Shown here in pieces: positions 41,323 through 55,752 of a DNA stretch of 64,000 bases; position 1 is the stretch's first letter; each line of letters begins with the position of its first letter. The position numbers were made by a program, and so were the translations under genes. The notes under the pieces were generated by a model. That model was not told where the DNA came from and made no database searches. It worked only from the letters and a program-made list of their open reading frames with translations. This DNA is from Octopus vulgaris (taxonomy: Eukaryota), in the NCBI GenBank assembly GCA_951406725.2, contig OX597833.1:7006001-7070000 (forward strand), in the 5' to 3' direction.

Positions 41323-41357
<35 letters not shown>

Positions 41358-41675
41358 AATATTATACGGCAGTATATATACATACATATATATATGTGTG
41401 TATATATCAATATACAGAGAGAGAGACACACACACACACACACACATACACATATACATACACACACAAACACACACATGTATATACACATAGATACACG
41501 CACACCACACGCGCACACGCACACAAAGGAAAAGATGTTGGAGAGAAGGATTTTCTGAGCGAATAACTACAAAAATATATAAACATATATGTATGCGTGC
41601 ATGTTTCTGTGTGTGTGTGTGTGTCTATACACACATACACACACACGCATGCATATATACATACGTACATATATC

Positions 41676-41716
<41 letters not shown>

Positions 41717-41739
41717 CATATATATATATATACTGTATA

Positions 41740-41792
<53 letters not shown>

Positions 41793-41929
41793 TCTTACAT
41801 ACAAACACATGTTCGTGTGTATACACACACACAAGCACTCGCGCGCGCACACACACACACACCCGCATACATACATATATATATATAATTATATATATAC
41901 ATACGTATACAAACACATGTTCGTGTGTG

Positions 41930-41966
<37 letters not shown>

Positions 41967-42279
41967 ATGAAAGAGAGATGTGTGGGTAAGAAAGCCCACT
42001 GTGCATATGTGTGTGTGTGTATCTCTAAACCAGATGGAACCATTCCAAGACTTTACACATCAAACTCACCGTAATCTTTCAGTTCCAGGTTTTCTTCCTT
42101 TCATTCATTCCTTTACTCTCTTTCCCTTCTTTCTTTCTCTCCCTCTTTCCCCCCTCCTCCCCCCCCCTCTCTCTCTCTACTCATTCAGCTTTAACTTTTC
42201 TTCTTTTTCTTTACTATTTTCATTCGTTTTATTCCTTCTGTTTTTCCTTTAGTCTTTCTCTCTTTCACACCTCATCTTT

Positions 42280-42449
42280 TTCGTCTTCCTTCCACTCTTC
42301 TTCTCATTCTTCTTCTTCATCTCCTTCTTCATATTATTCTTCTTCATCTTCATTTTCTTCTTCTTCTTTTTCTTCTTCTTCATCATTTTCTCCTTCTTCT
42401 TCTTGTTCTTCTTGTTCTTCTTCTTCTTCTCCTCATTCTTCTTCTTCTT

Positions 42450-42480
<31 letters not shown>

Positions 42481-42695
42481 TTCTTCTTCTCCTTCTTCTT
42501 CTTCTTCTTCTTCTTCTTCTTCTTCTTCTTCTCATTCTTCTTCTCCTTCTTCTTCTCCTTCTTCTCCTTCTTCTTCTCCTTCTTCTTCTTCTTCTCCTTC
42601 TCCTTCTTCTTCTTCTTCTTCTTCTTCTTCTTCTTCTTCTTCTTCTCCTTCTTCTTTATCTTCTCCTTCTTCTTCTCATTCTTCTTCTTCTTCCT
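42280..42695. repeat. (TTC)n/(TCC)n homopyrimidine tract
   Basis: Read directly from the sequence. Confidence 0.95.
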
Positions 42696-42802
42696 CTTTC
42701 ATTCCTTTCTTATTCACACCCACTCAGCACTCCTTAACTTTGCTGAGTCGACCACTCCATATTCACAAACGCATGCTTACATATGTTCACGCACACACAT
42801 AT

Positions 42803-42896
<94 letters not shown>

Positions 42897-43264
42897 AGTG
42901 AATGGATTTCGACGATGATGATTCGATTATATTCGATCCACCTGTTTCTTTGAATTAACGTGTGACTGAGTACTCCGCAGACACATGTACCCTAAATGTA
43001 ATTCTCAAATAGAATCAGCGTGAAAAAATGCCGAATTACTTGTAATGATCTAATCCACAGGATTCCACAGAGTTTCTCTCTCTTCTACTCTGTTTCACTT
43101 TACAAGGTTTGGGTCGGTCCCAGTTTATAGAAAATGACACCTTTGCAAAATATCAGGCAGCGGAATCGAAACCTGGATCTTATGAGTGCGACACGAACTA
43201 CTCAACCATTCAGGCGCACAATGCCCTCCCCACTCTCTCTCTGTCTGTATGATTGCATGTACAG

Positions 43265-43297
<33 letters not shown>

Positions 43298-43432
43298 ATT
43301 ATGTATGTATCTATAAATATGTATACATATAATTATATATATAGATACATAAATACATACATGTACACACACATATATTTGCATGTGTATACATACATAT
43401 ATACATATGTATATCAATGGAAGACGAGTACG

Positions 43433-44361
43433 GGATCTTTTCATTTGTGAAGTCAGTTTTTTCAAATTTTTCCTACTGAACCAAACAATTTGAAACTTCG
43501 TATACTTGTAGAATGTGTCAAAAGTAAAGTTAATTGTAAACCAGAATGAAAACGGAATTGTAACTTCTAAGTTTAACATTGTTTAATAATTAGAATTTTA
43601 ACCAATCGTATTCCGTCTTTCGGCTTCATATTATTTACTCCGTCTCGACCACCAATTTGGTGACGTAGTAAACATATGGTATGTAAACAAAACAATAACG
43701 ATGAAATTTTTTACTCGGTGTATGTGTATATGTATGAATGTATGTATGTATGAATGTATGTATGTATGAATGTATGTATGTATGTGTGTATGTATCTATG
43801 TATGTGTGTGTGTGTGTATGTGTGTGTATGTATGTGTGTGTATGTATGTATGTATGTATGGCCGATTCGGTGTTTAGTTTTTTCGGGTGAATACTCGGTG
43901 TATGTGTATCTGTATGTATGTGTGTGTGTATGTATCTATGTATGTGTGTGTGTATGTGTGTATGTATGTGTGTGTGTGTATGTATGTATGTATGTATGGC
44001 CGATTCAGTGTTTAGTTTTTTCGAGTGAATACTCGGTGTATGTGTATCTGTATGTATGTGTGTGTGTGTGTGTATGTATCTATGTATGTTAGCCTCAAAT
44101 GTGCACAGTTGCCTACGTCACAAAACTGCTTTCTACGTCACACTAACAGAATGCAGTAACGTATTAAATATGAAAACAAGCAATCTCATTGGTTAAAATT
44201 CGCAGTTTTAATCTACGATTAAAGTTATAAAATAGATTTTTCTCAAATAAACTAGTTCCAACCTGTGTCTTGTTTTGAAACACTGTACCAGCATACGAAG
44301 TTTCAAATTATTTAGTTAAGTAGAAAGATCTGGGCTCCTGGTCACACAATTGAAAAGATCC
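43433..44361. mobile_element. Non-autonomous DNA transposon (~930 bp) with long imperfect TIRs and an 8-bp TSD
   Basis: Termini GGATCTTTTCA.TTGTG / CACAATTGAAAAGATCC, with TIR similarity extending ~90 bp (AATTTGAAACTTCGTAT). TSD CGAGTACG / AGAGTACG. An empty site exists in the paralogous copy at ~48592. Confidence 0.85.
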
Positions 44362-44952
44362 AGAGTACGACAATTAATGTAAATATGGATAAATGCATTT
44401 CGTCGGCCGGACTTTTATCTAGAGACATTACGATATCGGCATTGAAAATACATGGAATCGTTCATCTAGAAAATGCCATTTCTTATTCCATTATTTGTTT
44501 CAGTTTGCGGACTGTAAGCAAGCCGGAGCTGAAGCACCACTTGGAGTATTGCTCATGGCGACTGTAGAATGGTAGAAGACATAAAACAGATTAGGGATTT
44601 CCATAGAGTTTATGACTGTCGATTCCACTTATAAGGTCCGAAACTGCAGCAGAAGACACTTGGTCTCTGTGTCACACAGCAGGGAGGAACACGAAGCTAG
44701 GTAGTTGCGGTGCGCGAACCTCTTAGCCAATCAGCCTTGTCTACGCTGATGGCGTCAATAACAGACCGGCAGGGGGTAGTGGTTATCCCTGCTGTACTCT
44801 TTCACCACTCTTTCTCTCACTCTTTCTTCTGTTGGCCTGCTCGCTTAGCCAGCGGGGTGGCGTCATTTGAAGGCTAAAAAACAATGCGAAGCGCATTGTG
44901 ACCAGCGATGTGTAACAACATCTGATGGCCTGGTCGGTCACGTGATCACGTG

Positions 44953-45001
<49 letters not shown>

Positions 45002-45100
45002 ATGGTTAATGTGTATGTGTACAACGTCTATAATACGTTAAGTTCAAATCACGAAGGATACTCATCAGGCGGTGTCATCTTCTCTTATCAAGAAGAAGAA
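44362..45100 (+). repeat. Local duplication, copy 1 (copy 2 at ~48582-49112)
   Basis: CGACAATTAATG.AAATATGGATAAATGCATTTCGTCGGCCGG...GATGGCGTC.ATAACAGAC and GTACAACGTCTATAA..CTCTTATCAAGAAGAAGA are shared. Confidence 0.9.
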
Positions 45101-45317
45101 GAAGAAGAAGAAGAAGAAGAAGAAGAAGAAGAAGAAGAAGAAGAAGAAGAAGAAGAAGGAGAAGAAGAAGAAGAAGAAGAAGAAGAAGAAGAAGAAGAAG
45201 AAGAAGAAGAAGAAGAAGAAGAAGAAGAAGAAGAAGAAGAAGAAGAAGAAGAAGAAGAAGAAGAAGAAGAAGAAGAAGAAGAAGAAGACGACGACGACGA
45301 CGAAGAAGAAGAAGAAG
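45090..45317. repeat. (GAA)n homopurine tract
   Basis: Read directly from the sequence. Confidence 0.95.
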
Positions 45318-45680
45318 TGTAATCAGCCGGTACTTATTTTACACACCCGAAAGGATGAAAGGTAAAGTCGACTCCAGCGGCATTTGAACTCAGAACGCAG
45401 AGTTGGAAGAAATGTCGCAGTGCATGTAACTAGCCCAGCCGGTTCCCCGTTTTACGCCTATCTAATATTAAATCAGCTACCATATTTTTCGTGTTTTAGG
45501 GGCTGTAAGGTGTGATTTGAGTGAAATCTAACACGTGACCCTCCGGTCCGTGGAAGAAACTGTCCGTCATGAAACCAGTATGGGGATGGGGGAATTGGGG
45601 AGTCGCTGACGTAGAGTGACCCTTGCTGAGTGTGAAAAACTAGTTTGATGAGAGCAACTACAACTAAAAAAACAGACCAT

Positions 45681-45838
45681 AGGCGCAGGAGTGGCTGTGT
45701 GGTAAGTAGCTTGCTTACCAACCACATGGTTCCGGGTTCAGTCCTTGGGCAAGTGTCTTCTACTATATCCTCGGGCCGACCAAAGCCTTGTGAGTGGATT
45801 TGGTAGACGGAAACTGAAAGAAACCTGTCGTATATATG

Positions 45839-45899
<61 letters not shown>

Positions 45900-46115
45900 A
45901 TGTTTGTGTGTCTGTGTCTGTCCCCCTAGCATTGCTTGACAATCGATGCTGGTGTGTTTACGTCCCCGTCACTTAGCGGTTCGGCAAAAGAGATCGATAG
46001 AATAAGTACTTGGGCTTACAAAGAATAAGTCCCGGGGTCGAGTTGCTCGACTTTTAAAGGCGGTGCTCCAGCATGGCCGCAGTCAACTGACTGAAACAAA
46101 TAAAAGAGTAAAGAG
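45681..46115 (+). mobile_element. SINE family A copy
   Basis: Near-identical to 7956-8366, with a small internal deletion. Confidence 0.9.
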
Positions 46116-46372
46116 TATACTCTTATGCACCCTACTCACTGATCCCTAGGGGATTTTGATGTAGTTCTGTTGCAGGGAAACATTGGTAAGGTGCCTGGGT
46201 GTCATAAAGCTTATGGAATCGCATTCATGTATTTATCAAGGCCGCAGATAAACATCGTCGTAATCACCCGGCGAAGTATTATATAAATTTATGAAAAAAA
46301 TTTGGCAGTTTGTCAGAATCTGCTGTAGTAGATATGCAGATGTGATAATATGTAAACAGGTGAGTAATTTTG

Positions 46373-46432
<60 letters not shown>

Positions 46433-46779
46433 GTGTGTGTGTGTGTGTTTTGAGATTCTTTCATGATTCATGTCTACCTGAAAAAATACACAACCACTCC
46501 AACGAGAAGACATCCCCCGTGTGCCAAGGTGAGGAAATAATAATAACTAAGTATAATAACGATGATGATGATGATGATGATGAGGATGATGATGAGGATG
46601 ATAACAACAACAACAACAACAACTGGTGGCTATGATGAGAGTGATTATAATAACAATAAGTCACATCCTGTAACTGATACGATGATTATATTTATAGATA
46701 GATAGACAACATTATATATATATATGTATATATATACATATATTTATATATATGTGTGTATATATATATATATATATAC

Positions 46780-46860
<81 letters not shown>

Positions 46861-47962
46861 TGTTTCTTTATTAGCCACACAGGGCTGCACACAGATAGAA
46901 CAAATTACAAGGTAGAGCTTTTCTTTTGAAGGTTTAAGAAAGAAAAAAAAAAAAAAAAAGGAAGGGGGAGTTTCGATCAAAAGGGATCGTAAAAGGAGAG
47001 AAAGAGGACAAAAAAAGGGGGGTTTAAAAAAAAGGGGGGAGGAAAAAAAGATTGATCAATAGGGATCGTTATCACAGAAATGTCAATATGAAGTGTAAAG
47101 GGGAGGACAGGTGAGGTTTACCCGTGCAAAGAAAAGCCTACGGAAAAGACCACGGTAACCTCGGTCAATGATGTCACATTTTATATTTCTTTTTTTTTTT
47201 TTTTTGCAAATAAGCAACTCTCTGTTTTCGATTTCTGGGTTCATAGGACTATGCTCAAGGTGGCTTCGTCATTCATACGTGCCATTCTTGCTACATTCAC
47301 CCATCTTTTTTTAAAACATTCGCTAGACAAAACTTGCCTCTCTACTCTCACTTTCCTTTTCAAGTGGTACTTGAAGAAGTTGATGAGAGATTGACCAGAG
47401 AGGAAAGTGTTTGTCTCCAATCCTTTCAGACGCGTCCACCAGATACATTCTTTCGCCATAGCCACAAGGATGATGAAAATAGCTCTTCCTTCCCGTTTGA
47501 AGGAAGGAGGCGTGACAATATTGACGATAGACTCAGCTGATAAACCGACTCGTCCCACACGTGACAGCAGTTGTTCGACATAAGCCCACAGGTCGGAAAT
47601 TGTTGGACACTGAACGAGTGCGTGCAGAACGGTTTCGTCGCTCTGACCGCATCTCGGGCAGGTCGGCCCCGTGTTTCTCGAGCCGTATCTGTAGAGCTTA
47701 TCCCGAACGGGTAGCGCTTCTCGGTAGCACTGCCAGGCCAGGGATCTCTGGAAGTTGTCCATGGGCCCTGGCCCGAAAGTCGTCCTGAACAGGCGGGTCA
47801 GGTACTCCTCGTCGACGTCCAGGTTCGCCCCGAGCTCGTCGTCGTACCTCCCCTCCACTAAACCCCTATAGAATGCTTTGGTTGTGTTGAAGTCACTTAA
47901 GGTCGACCCAGGACGGCAGAGTTGCTTGAGAGCAACGCGACACTCGCGGTGCCATTCGCCCG
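46861..47962 (-). mobile_element. 5'-truncated Tx1/L1-clade non-LTR retrotransposon (ORF2 C-terminal zinc finger plus 3' UTR), inserted in (GATA)n
   Basis: Uninterrupted frame 47962->47241: ..RSLAWQCYREALPVRDKLY..CPRCGQSDETVLHALVQCP..LW..AKECIWWTR..F..RW (zf-RVT CCHC). The 3' UTR has AATAAA; GATA repeats lie on both sides. Confidence 0.9.
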
Positions 47963-48058
<96 letters not shown>

Positions 48059-49221
48059 TATCCCTCATATATAACTGTACTGTCCGAATGTTTTGTTGTC
48101 GCCTGTTACGGACAGTTAGACGATACAAAAAAAGGACAGGAAAAAAACAAAGACGAGCTATTGGGCGCTTTCAATTTTCAGTCGAGTACCAGATCGTCTT
48201 TGCAGTTTCGACCGGTTATTCTCGGCACTGGTCTAATCTGGCCAGCCCCAAGAATATCTAAGCTAAGAGGACTAGATTCTTTGGAAGAAAGCAAGCGAAT
48301 GTATACGAAAACAAGGACGAAAAAATACGGAGAAATGGTACACGATTACAAATATAAACAACAAGACATTAACAACAGGTGTCTTTCGACTAAGGACGAA
48401 TTAAATTAAGCTGGTGTGTGTGTTATATGCAGTAATCCCTCGTAACGCTTAGACGTGTTAACAAAGGGATGTGGGTTCAAGTCCCACGCGGATAGGAAAG
48501 CCTTCTTTTTCTGTCGAGAGCTTACATGCCCCGTTATTAGACTATTTTCCTTAGTATACATACATATATACATATGTATATTAATGGAAGACGAGTACGA
48601 CAATTAATGCAAATATGGATAAATGCATTTCGTCGGCCGGACTTTTATCTAGAGACATTACGATATCGGCATTGAAAAAACATGGAATCACTCATCTGGA
48701 AAATGCCATTTCTTATTCCATTATTTGTTTCAGTTATCGGACTGTAAGCAAGCCGGAGCTGGAGCACCACTTGGAGTATTGCTCATGGCAACTGTAGAAC
48801 GGTAGAAAACATAAAACAGATTACGGATTTCCATAGAGTTTCTGCCTGCCGATTTCATTTATAAGGTCCGAAACTACAACAGAAGACACTTGGTCTCGGT
48901 GTCACACAGCAGGAAGGAACACGAAGCTATGTAGTGGCGGTGCGCGAACCTCTTAGCTAATCAGCCTTGTCTACGTTGATGGCGTCGATAACAGACTGTA
49001 TTGATGGGTGTGTATCTATATATGTTGGTTAATGTGTACAACGTCTATAACACGTTAAGTTCATATCACGAAGGATATTTACCTGGTGGTGTCATCTCTT
49101 ATCAAGAAGAAGATTGCACGGTGATCGCCATAAGATTTAAGCTTATATAAGAATACCATTATTGTTATTTACAGGATTGTAAAATACGGCATCGTATAAC
49201 AAAACCATTCGCACCGAAAGC

Positions 49222-49259
<38 letters not shown>

Positions 49260-49310
49260 GATCATACGCACACAAACACACACACGCACACGCACACACA
49301 CATATATATG

Positions 49311-49388
<78 letters not shown>

Positions 49389-49602
49389 GTGTGTGTGTAC
49401 GGATGCAGAAAACGCAGGAGGCCACCAGATGGATTGTACCAGTAATTAATTGGTGCAGAACCATGCCACGCTGTTTCAGGTTGATTCTGGCTCAGAATTA
49501 CGTAAAAGGTACAGGTGTCTGCTAAAATATCCAAACACTTTACATGTTAAATCAGTTATTCAGTTAGTAACTTTGCTTGGAGCGGGGAAGCACACACATA
49601 TT

Positions 49603-49640
<38 letters not shown>

Positions 49641-49644
<4 letters not shown>

Positions 49645-49850
49645 TAATCCAAACAAGAAAACACAAAGAGAAAACACAAGAACGCGAGGACGTGGAACAA
49701 ATATAGTATTATTAGACGCTCAGGAAAGATGGGAAGAAGGAGGGTTTAACGTTTCGAGCGGAGCTCTTCGTCGGAAACATAGGAGAAGGAAAGATCCAGA
49801 GAAGGGAAGACAGAGGGAAAAAAATCGCCAACGGTACACACGAGGTCACA
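49641..49850 (-). mobile_element. ~210-bp Penelope-type element with a minimal hammerhead motif (49744-49778), abutting (TA)n
   Basis: Minus strand: GTTT CCGACGA A GAGC TCC GCTC GAAAC GTT AAAC. A second copy lies at 51921-52127. Confidence 0.7.
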
Positions 49851-49874
49851 ATAGATAGATATAGATAGATAGAT

Positions 49875-49962
<88 letters not shown>

Positions 49963-49964
49963 CC

Positions 49965-50128
49965 ACTACACACATTTTTTTCTCTCCTTGTTTTTTCTGT
50001 GTCTCTTTCTGTAGAAGAGTGTAGGATCGAAACGTAAAAGACTTTTTCTATTCCTGAGCGTTAAACATCTGTTTGTTTTGTACACCACCTGCCTTCGTCT
50101 TTTGTTGTTTTTCGTAAACTCTCCCTAT
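49965..50128 (+). mobile_element. Related Penelope-type element with a degenerate hammerhead motif (50004-50041)
   Basis: TCTTT CTGTAGA AGAG..ATC GAAAC GTA AAAGA. Its tail CCACCTGCCTTCGTCTTTTGTT is repeated at ~50680-50740 between (TA)n runs. Confidence 0.55.
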
Positions 50129-50129
50129 A

Positions 50130-50165
<36 letters not shown>

Positions 50166-50621
50166 TGTATGTATGTATGTATGTATGTATGTACGTACGT
50201 ATGTATGTATGTATGTATGTATGTATGTATGTACGTATGTATGTATGCATGTATGTATGTTTGTACGTATGTATGTATGTATGTATGTATGTATGTATGT
50301 ATGTATGTATGTATGTATATCGTGCAGAACTTTGTGAATTCTGTTGATGTCTTATTGTCTAATGTGCGTATCTAAAGTAGAAGAAAGTGCCGTGGTAAAA
50401 AAAATACGCGGAAAAAGTTAAATCTAAGAATCTTAAATGCGAAATTGCAAAATCCAAAAGCGTAGATCGGAGAAGGCTTGGGAGATCGATGCAGCATGCG
50501 GACTGCAACGACGGTAAAAATGGACGACGGAAGTTTGGGTTAAGAGCAAAAGTGCCTGAAGAGGAGAAGTATTTGTTCGTGTCTGTGTGATTCGATAGTG
50601 TCTGTTGTCGGCTGAAACGTG

Positions 50622-50679
<58 letters not shown>

Positions 50680-50739
50680 CATTTGTTTGTTTGTACTCCA
50701 CCTGCCTTCGTCTTTTGTTTATTTTCGTAAACCTTCCCG

Positions 50740-50796
<57 letters not shown>

Positions 50797-50808
50797 TAAA
50801 CACACGCT

Positions 50809-50843
<35 letters not shown>

Positions 50844-51775
50844 CTCTTTATAAAATCACTCTGATTCCATGGAAGCCACTAATTCTGTCATTTTGTCTAT
50901 AACTCCCAGCCATAATCCTTCCAAAGGCATCAAGAAGCAGCGCCAACACCACCACCACCACCACCACCACCACCACCACCACCACCACCACCACCACCAC
51001 CACCACCACCACCACCATTACCACCACAAACATCACCACGTCCACCATTGTCATACCACTATCACCATCTTCTTCCCCACCCCATCACCACTACCGCCAC
51101 AAGAACCGCCGCCATCATCTCACCACCATCACCACCACCACCTCCTTCGCCCTATCTATCTACCACTGTGTCAAGGTAACCGCTGAACTGGAATCAACCT
51201 ATTGCTTCTACACCAGGAAGCTTACCTCCAAATGCACCAGCGAAACCCCTTTGAAACTTTGAACGACGCTGCTCCCTGCAACAGAGACAGGGGAACGAAA
51301 TGCAGTCTTTTACATAAGGGAGATGTAAATTGCTAACGAAAACTGTGTTAATCCCTGAACAGGGAGCCAACACAAAACATTACCGATAACTCCTTCCACT
51401 CCCTGTACCCCGTCTCTTCCCCTCTGTCTTCACCCCGTCTCCTCTCCCCACCTGCAAGGGCAGAACCAGGTATTGCAATAGACTGGGGCCCAAAGGAGTT
51501 ACGCAGTTTCTTCAATATAAGAGATTTGTTAAGGAGCAGAAACGAAGTGAATAGGGACTAAGATGTTTTAGGGTGCACAAGCCGAGCTGAACCCACATCG
51601 CAGCAAGGGAAGCACTTGTGGGCAAAGGCCTGAAAAACTGTCTCGTTCACTAAACACATGAACCATGGAGCGAAGGGTGAAGTGGCGCATTGAGGGTGGC
51701 GCTTCTGTATGGCATGGCCACACACACGCTCGTCTCGTACATGGAACTAAATACAGGGCGACGCGCGCAAGGAAG

Positions 51776-51840
<65 letters not shown>

Positions 51841-51846
51841 TATATG

Positions 51847-51920
<74 letters not shown>

Positions 51921-51924
<4 letters not shown>

Positions 51925-52127
51925 TAATCCAAACAAGAAAGCACAAAAAACACAACAACGCGAGGACGTGGAACAAATATAGTATTATTGGACACTCAGG
52001 AAAGAAGGAAAGAAGGAAGGTTCAACGTTTCGAGCGGAGCTCTTCGTCGGAAACATAGGAGAAGGAAAGATCCAGAGAAGGGAAGACAGAGGAAAAAAAA
52101 TCGCCAACGGTACACACGAGGTCACAT
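51921..52127 (-). mobile_element. Second copy of the 49641 Penelope-type element (hammerhead motif at 52020-52054)
   Basis: High identity to 49641-49850; abuts (TA)n. Confidence 0.75.
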
Positions 52128-52212
52128 TTTGAAAGACATACATATATATACATATATATATATATGTAAATGTATGTATGTATGTATGTATGTATGTATG
52201 TATGTATGTATG

Positions 52213-52243
<31 letters not shown>

Positions 52244-52522
52244 TTTTTATCTGAGACGCCAGATGAACCCAGATGGCGACAAGAGGGTCCAATAAGAGCT
52301 GTTTCGTCCAACTCGCTCCTTTAACAGAAACTGTACAGAAAAGACACCCAAACACACACACTGAAAGGCATTGCTCGCTCCAAGCATGACCTCACCCTAT
52401 GGCTGAAACCAGTTAGAAATAAGAGATAATAAAAGATGTGTGTGTGTGTGAGTGCACATCCCCCCTAAGCACCGTCTCACCATTATTCCCCTCCACCCTT
52501 ATTCAAAAGTAAATATTACACA

Positions 52523-52559
<37 letters not shown>

Positions 52560-54101
52560 GCACTCCCACCAAAATTAACTAATCTCACAATTAAAAAAAA
52601 TTAATTAAATTGAACTAAATTGTTTCTATCAACAGACATTCTAGATTTAGTATCTGCGAATGTAATGAGGCCGGGTTCGATCTTGAACACACTCCGTTCG
52701 CCTTACTAAAATCCATACGCAATACACACACACACATATATATATGTACACACCACACACACACACTGGCGCAACGAGGTAGGGATCTTTAGGACCAAAA
52801 GGAACCGAAATATATAAAGGTGTGTGTATGTATTTGTGTAGAAATGTTTATCTGTGTATGAACATCAGTGTGTGTGTGTGTATATTTATTCATGCTTATG
52901 TGATATATATATATATATACGTACAGATAGATAGGTTCATATCGGTATATACAAAATATAATTACATATTTACATTCATATGTGTATATACGTGAATATC
53001 TGCGCACGCACATATATATATATATATATGCGTATACGCTCATGTATATATATATATATATATATATGTAAGCTTTAAGTTGTAATAGTCTTTATTCCCT
53101 AATTTTCACCAAATTTTCAAGGAGCACACTCCTCCTCCTCCTCTTCATTCCTCTATCCCTCTCCCACCCTCTTTTTCTTTACATACTCCTCCCACTCCGT
53201 CCTCCCCCTCCTACCACCATTATATTGCCTGCTAAACTGTGAAATCTTGTCTAGCTTTCGGCTCCACCCCCTTCGTAGACACCTCGCTCTCTCAGCCTCA
53301 TTCAGCACTCTCTCTCTCCATCTTTCTCTCTCTCTTTCTCAATCTATTTGTCTGTCTGTCTCTCTCTCTTTCTCTCTCTTTCTCAATCTATTTGTCTGTC
53401 TGTCTCTCTCTCTTTCTCTCTCTGTCTCTCTCGCAGTCTATCTAATTCTCTATCTTTTTATCTCTTCCCTTGTCTCTCTCTTTTTCTCTCATTGCATCTG
53501 TCTAGAATATCTCTTTGTAGTTCTCTCTTTCTTTCTGTCACTTTGTCTCTCTGTTTCTCTCTCTTTCTTTCAGTCATTCTCTTTTAATCTCTCTTTTACT
53601 CTCTCTTTCTCTCTCCCGCTCTATCCATTTATCTGTATGTGTCTATCTCTCTATCTTCCTGTCTATCTTTCTATCTATCTATCTATCTCTTTATCTGTCT
53701 CTCTCCTTCTCACTCTCTGTCTGTCTGTTTGTCTGTCTATCAATCTATCTCTCTATGTCTCTCTCTGTGTTTATCTGTCTCTCTCTCACTCACTCTATCT
53801 CTCTATATATTTATATCTCTCACGCTCTGTCTCTACCTACCTATCTATCTCTCTGTCCATCTCTATCTATCTCTATCTCTATCACCTTTGCTATCTTCCT
53901 CTCCCAGAGTATCTCTCGTTCAACACACCGCCAGCATATACACCCAGTTATTCTTCACTTCGCTCTTCGTAACACACACACACACACACACGGCATAAGA
54001 TACACATACAGACTTTGAAACTATACCGATGACCAAAACATGATGTGCATGCATATATATATACAACACATGTGTGTATGTATGTATATATATGTATGTG
54101 T

Positions 54102-54109
<8 letters not shown>

Positions 54110-54152
<43 letters not shown>

Positions 54153-54468
54153 GAAACCAAGGTGATAAGTGTGTGCGTAGATCTATGTATGAGACGAGAG
54201 AAGATGGGTGATAAGTGTATGTCTGTATATGAGTACGCGTGCGAGCGTGTGAGTGTGTGTGTGTATGTGTGTGTGTGTGTGTGTGTATGTGTGTGTGTGT
54301 GTGATTGTTTGTGTGTGTGTGTGTGTGTTTGTCACCGTCAAACAAACAGAGGTGGATGAAAATGACAGGAAAAGAAGGCGTGACTTAGTTTGACACAAAA
54401 ACTATACGGGCGCGCGTGTGCGCACGCGTTCAACTGCTTGCATACATTTCCACACGCCCTCACATGCA

Positions 54469-54501
<33 letters not shown>

Positions 54502-54539
54502 TCGTGCACACATCTTACTTTTCCTCTCCCTCCCTAACT

Positions 54540-54586
<47 letters not shown>

Positions 54587-54877
54587 ATACATATGTTATT
54601 ATATATATATATATATGTACTTACACTTTTATATACGTATAGACAAACATACATGAATGTATGTAAGTATATAATTATATATATATATATATATATATGT
54701 GTATACGCACAAGCATATGTATTTCTACATCTATGCTCCTATACACATATATACACACATGCCGACACGCTCCTGCCACTCACTAAATTAACTCGCACAT
54801 GTGTTCAAATAAAAACACCCGTATCATAACATATATATTTTATATGAGTGTGTTTGTGTGCGTGTGTACAAATACAT

Positions 54878-54914
<37 letters not shown>

Positions 54915-54938
54915 CATACATATATGTACACTCATACG

Positions 54939-54978
<40 letters not shown>

Positions 54979-55109
54979 GAAACCAAGGTGATAAGTGTGT
55001 GCGTAGATCTATGTATGAGACGAGAGAAGATGGGTGATAAGTGTATGTCTGTATATGAGTACGCGTGCGAGCGTGTGTGTGTGTGTGTGTTGTGTGTGTG
55101 TGTGTGTGT

Positions 55110-55146
<37 letters not shown>

Positions 55147-55308
55147 TTTGTGTGTGTGTGTGTGTGTTTGTCACCGCCAAACAAACAGAGGTGGATGAAA
55201 ATGACAGGAAAAGAAGGCGTGACTTAGTTTGACACAAAAACTACACGGGCGCGCGTGTGCGCACGCGTTCAACTGCTTGCATACATTTCCACACGCCCTC
55301 ACATGCAT

Positions 55309-55344
<36 letters not shown>

Positions 55345-55382
55345 TCGTGCACACATCTTACTTTTCCTCTCCCTCCCTAACT

Positions 55383-55425
<43 letters not shown>

Positions 55426-55711
55426 ATACATATGTTATATATATATATATGTACTTACACTTTTATATACGTATAGACAAACATACATGAATGTATGTAA
55501 GTATATAATTATATATATATATATATATATATGTGTATACGCACAAGCATATGTATTTCTACATCTATGCTCCTATACACATATATACACACATGCCGAC
55601 ACGCTCCTGCCACTCACTAAATTAACTCGCACATGTGTTCAAATAAAAACACCCGTATCATAACATATATATTTTATATGAGTGTGTTTGTGTGCGTGTG
55701 TACAAATACAT

Positions 55712-55752
<41 letters not shown>

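Noticed and set aside
44385-44567. Duplicated 60-aa ORF (also 48615-48797) as a small gene family
   Set aside because: It lies in a local duplication that overlaps degenerate SINE-like sequence; no motif or splice evidence.
47963-48128. N-terminal part of the 295-aa ORF 47241..48128
   Set aside because: It is read-through of (TATC)n and flanking DNA; the retroelement coding part ends at 47962.
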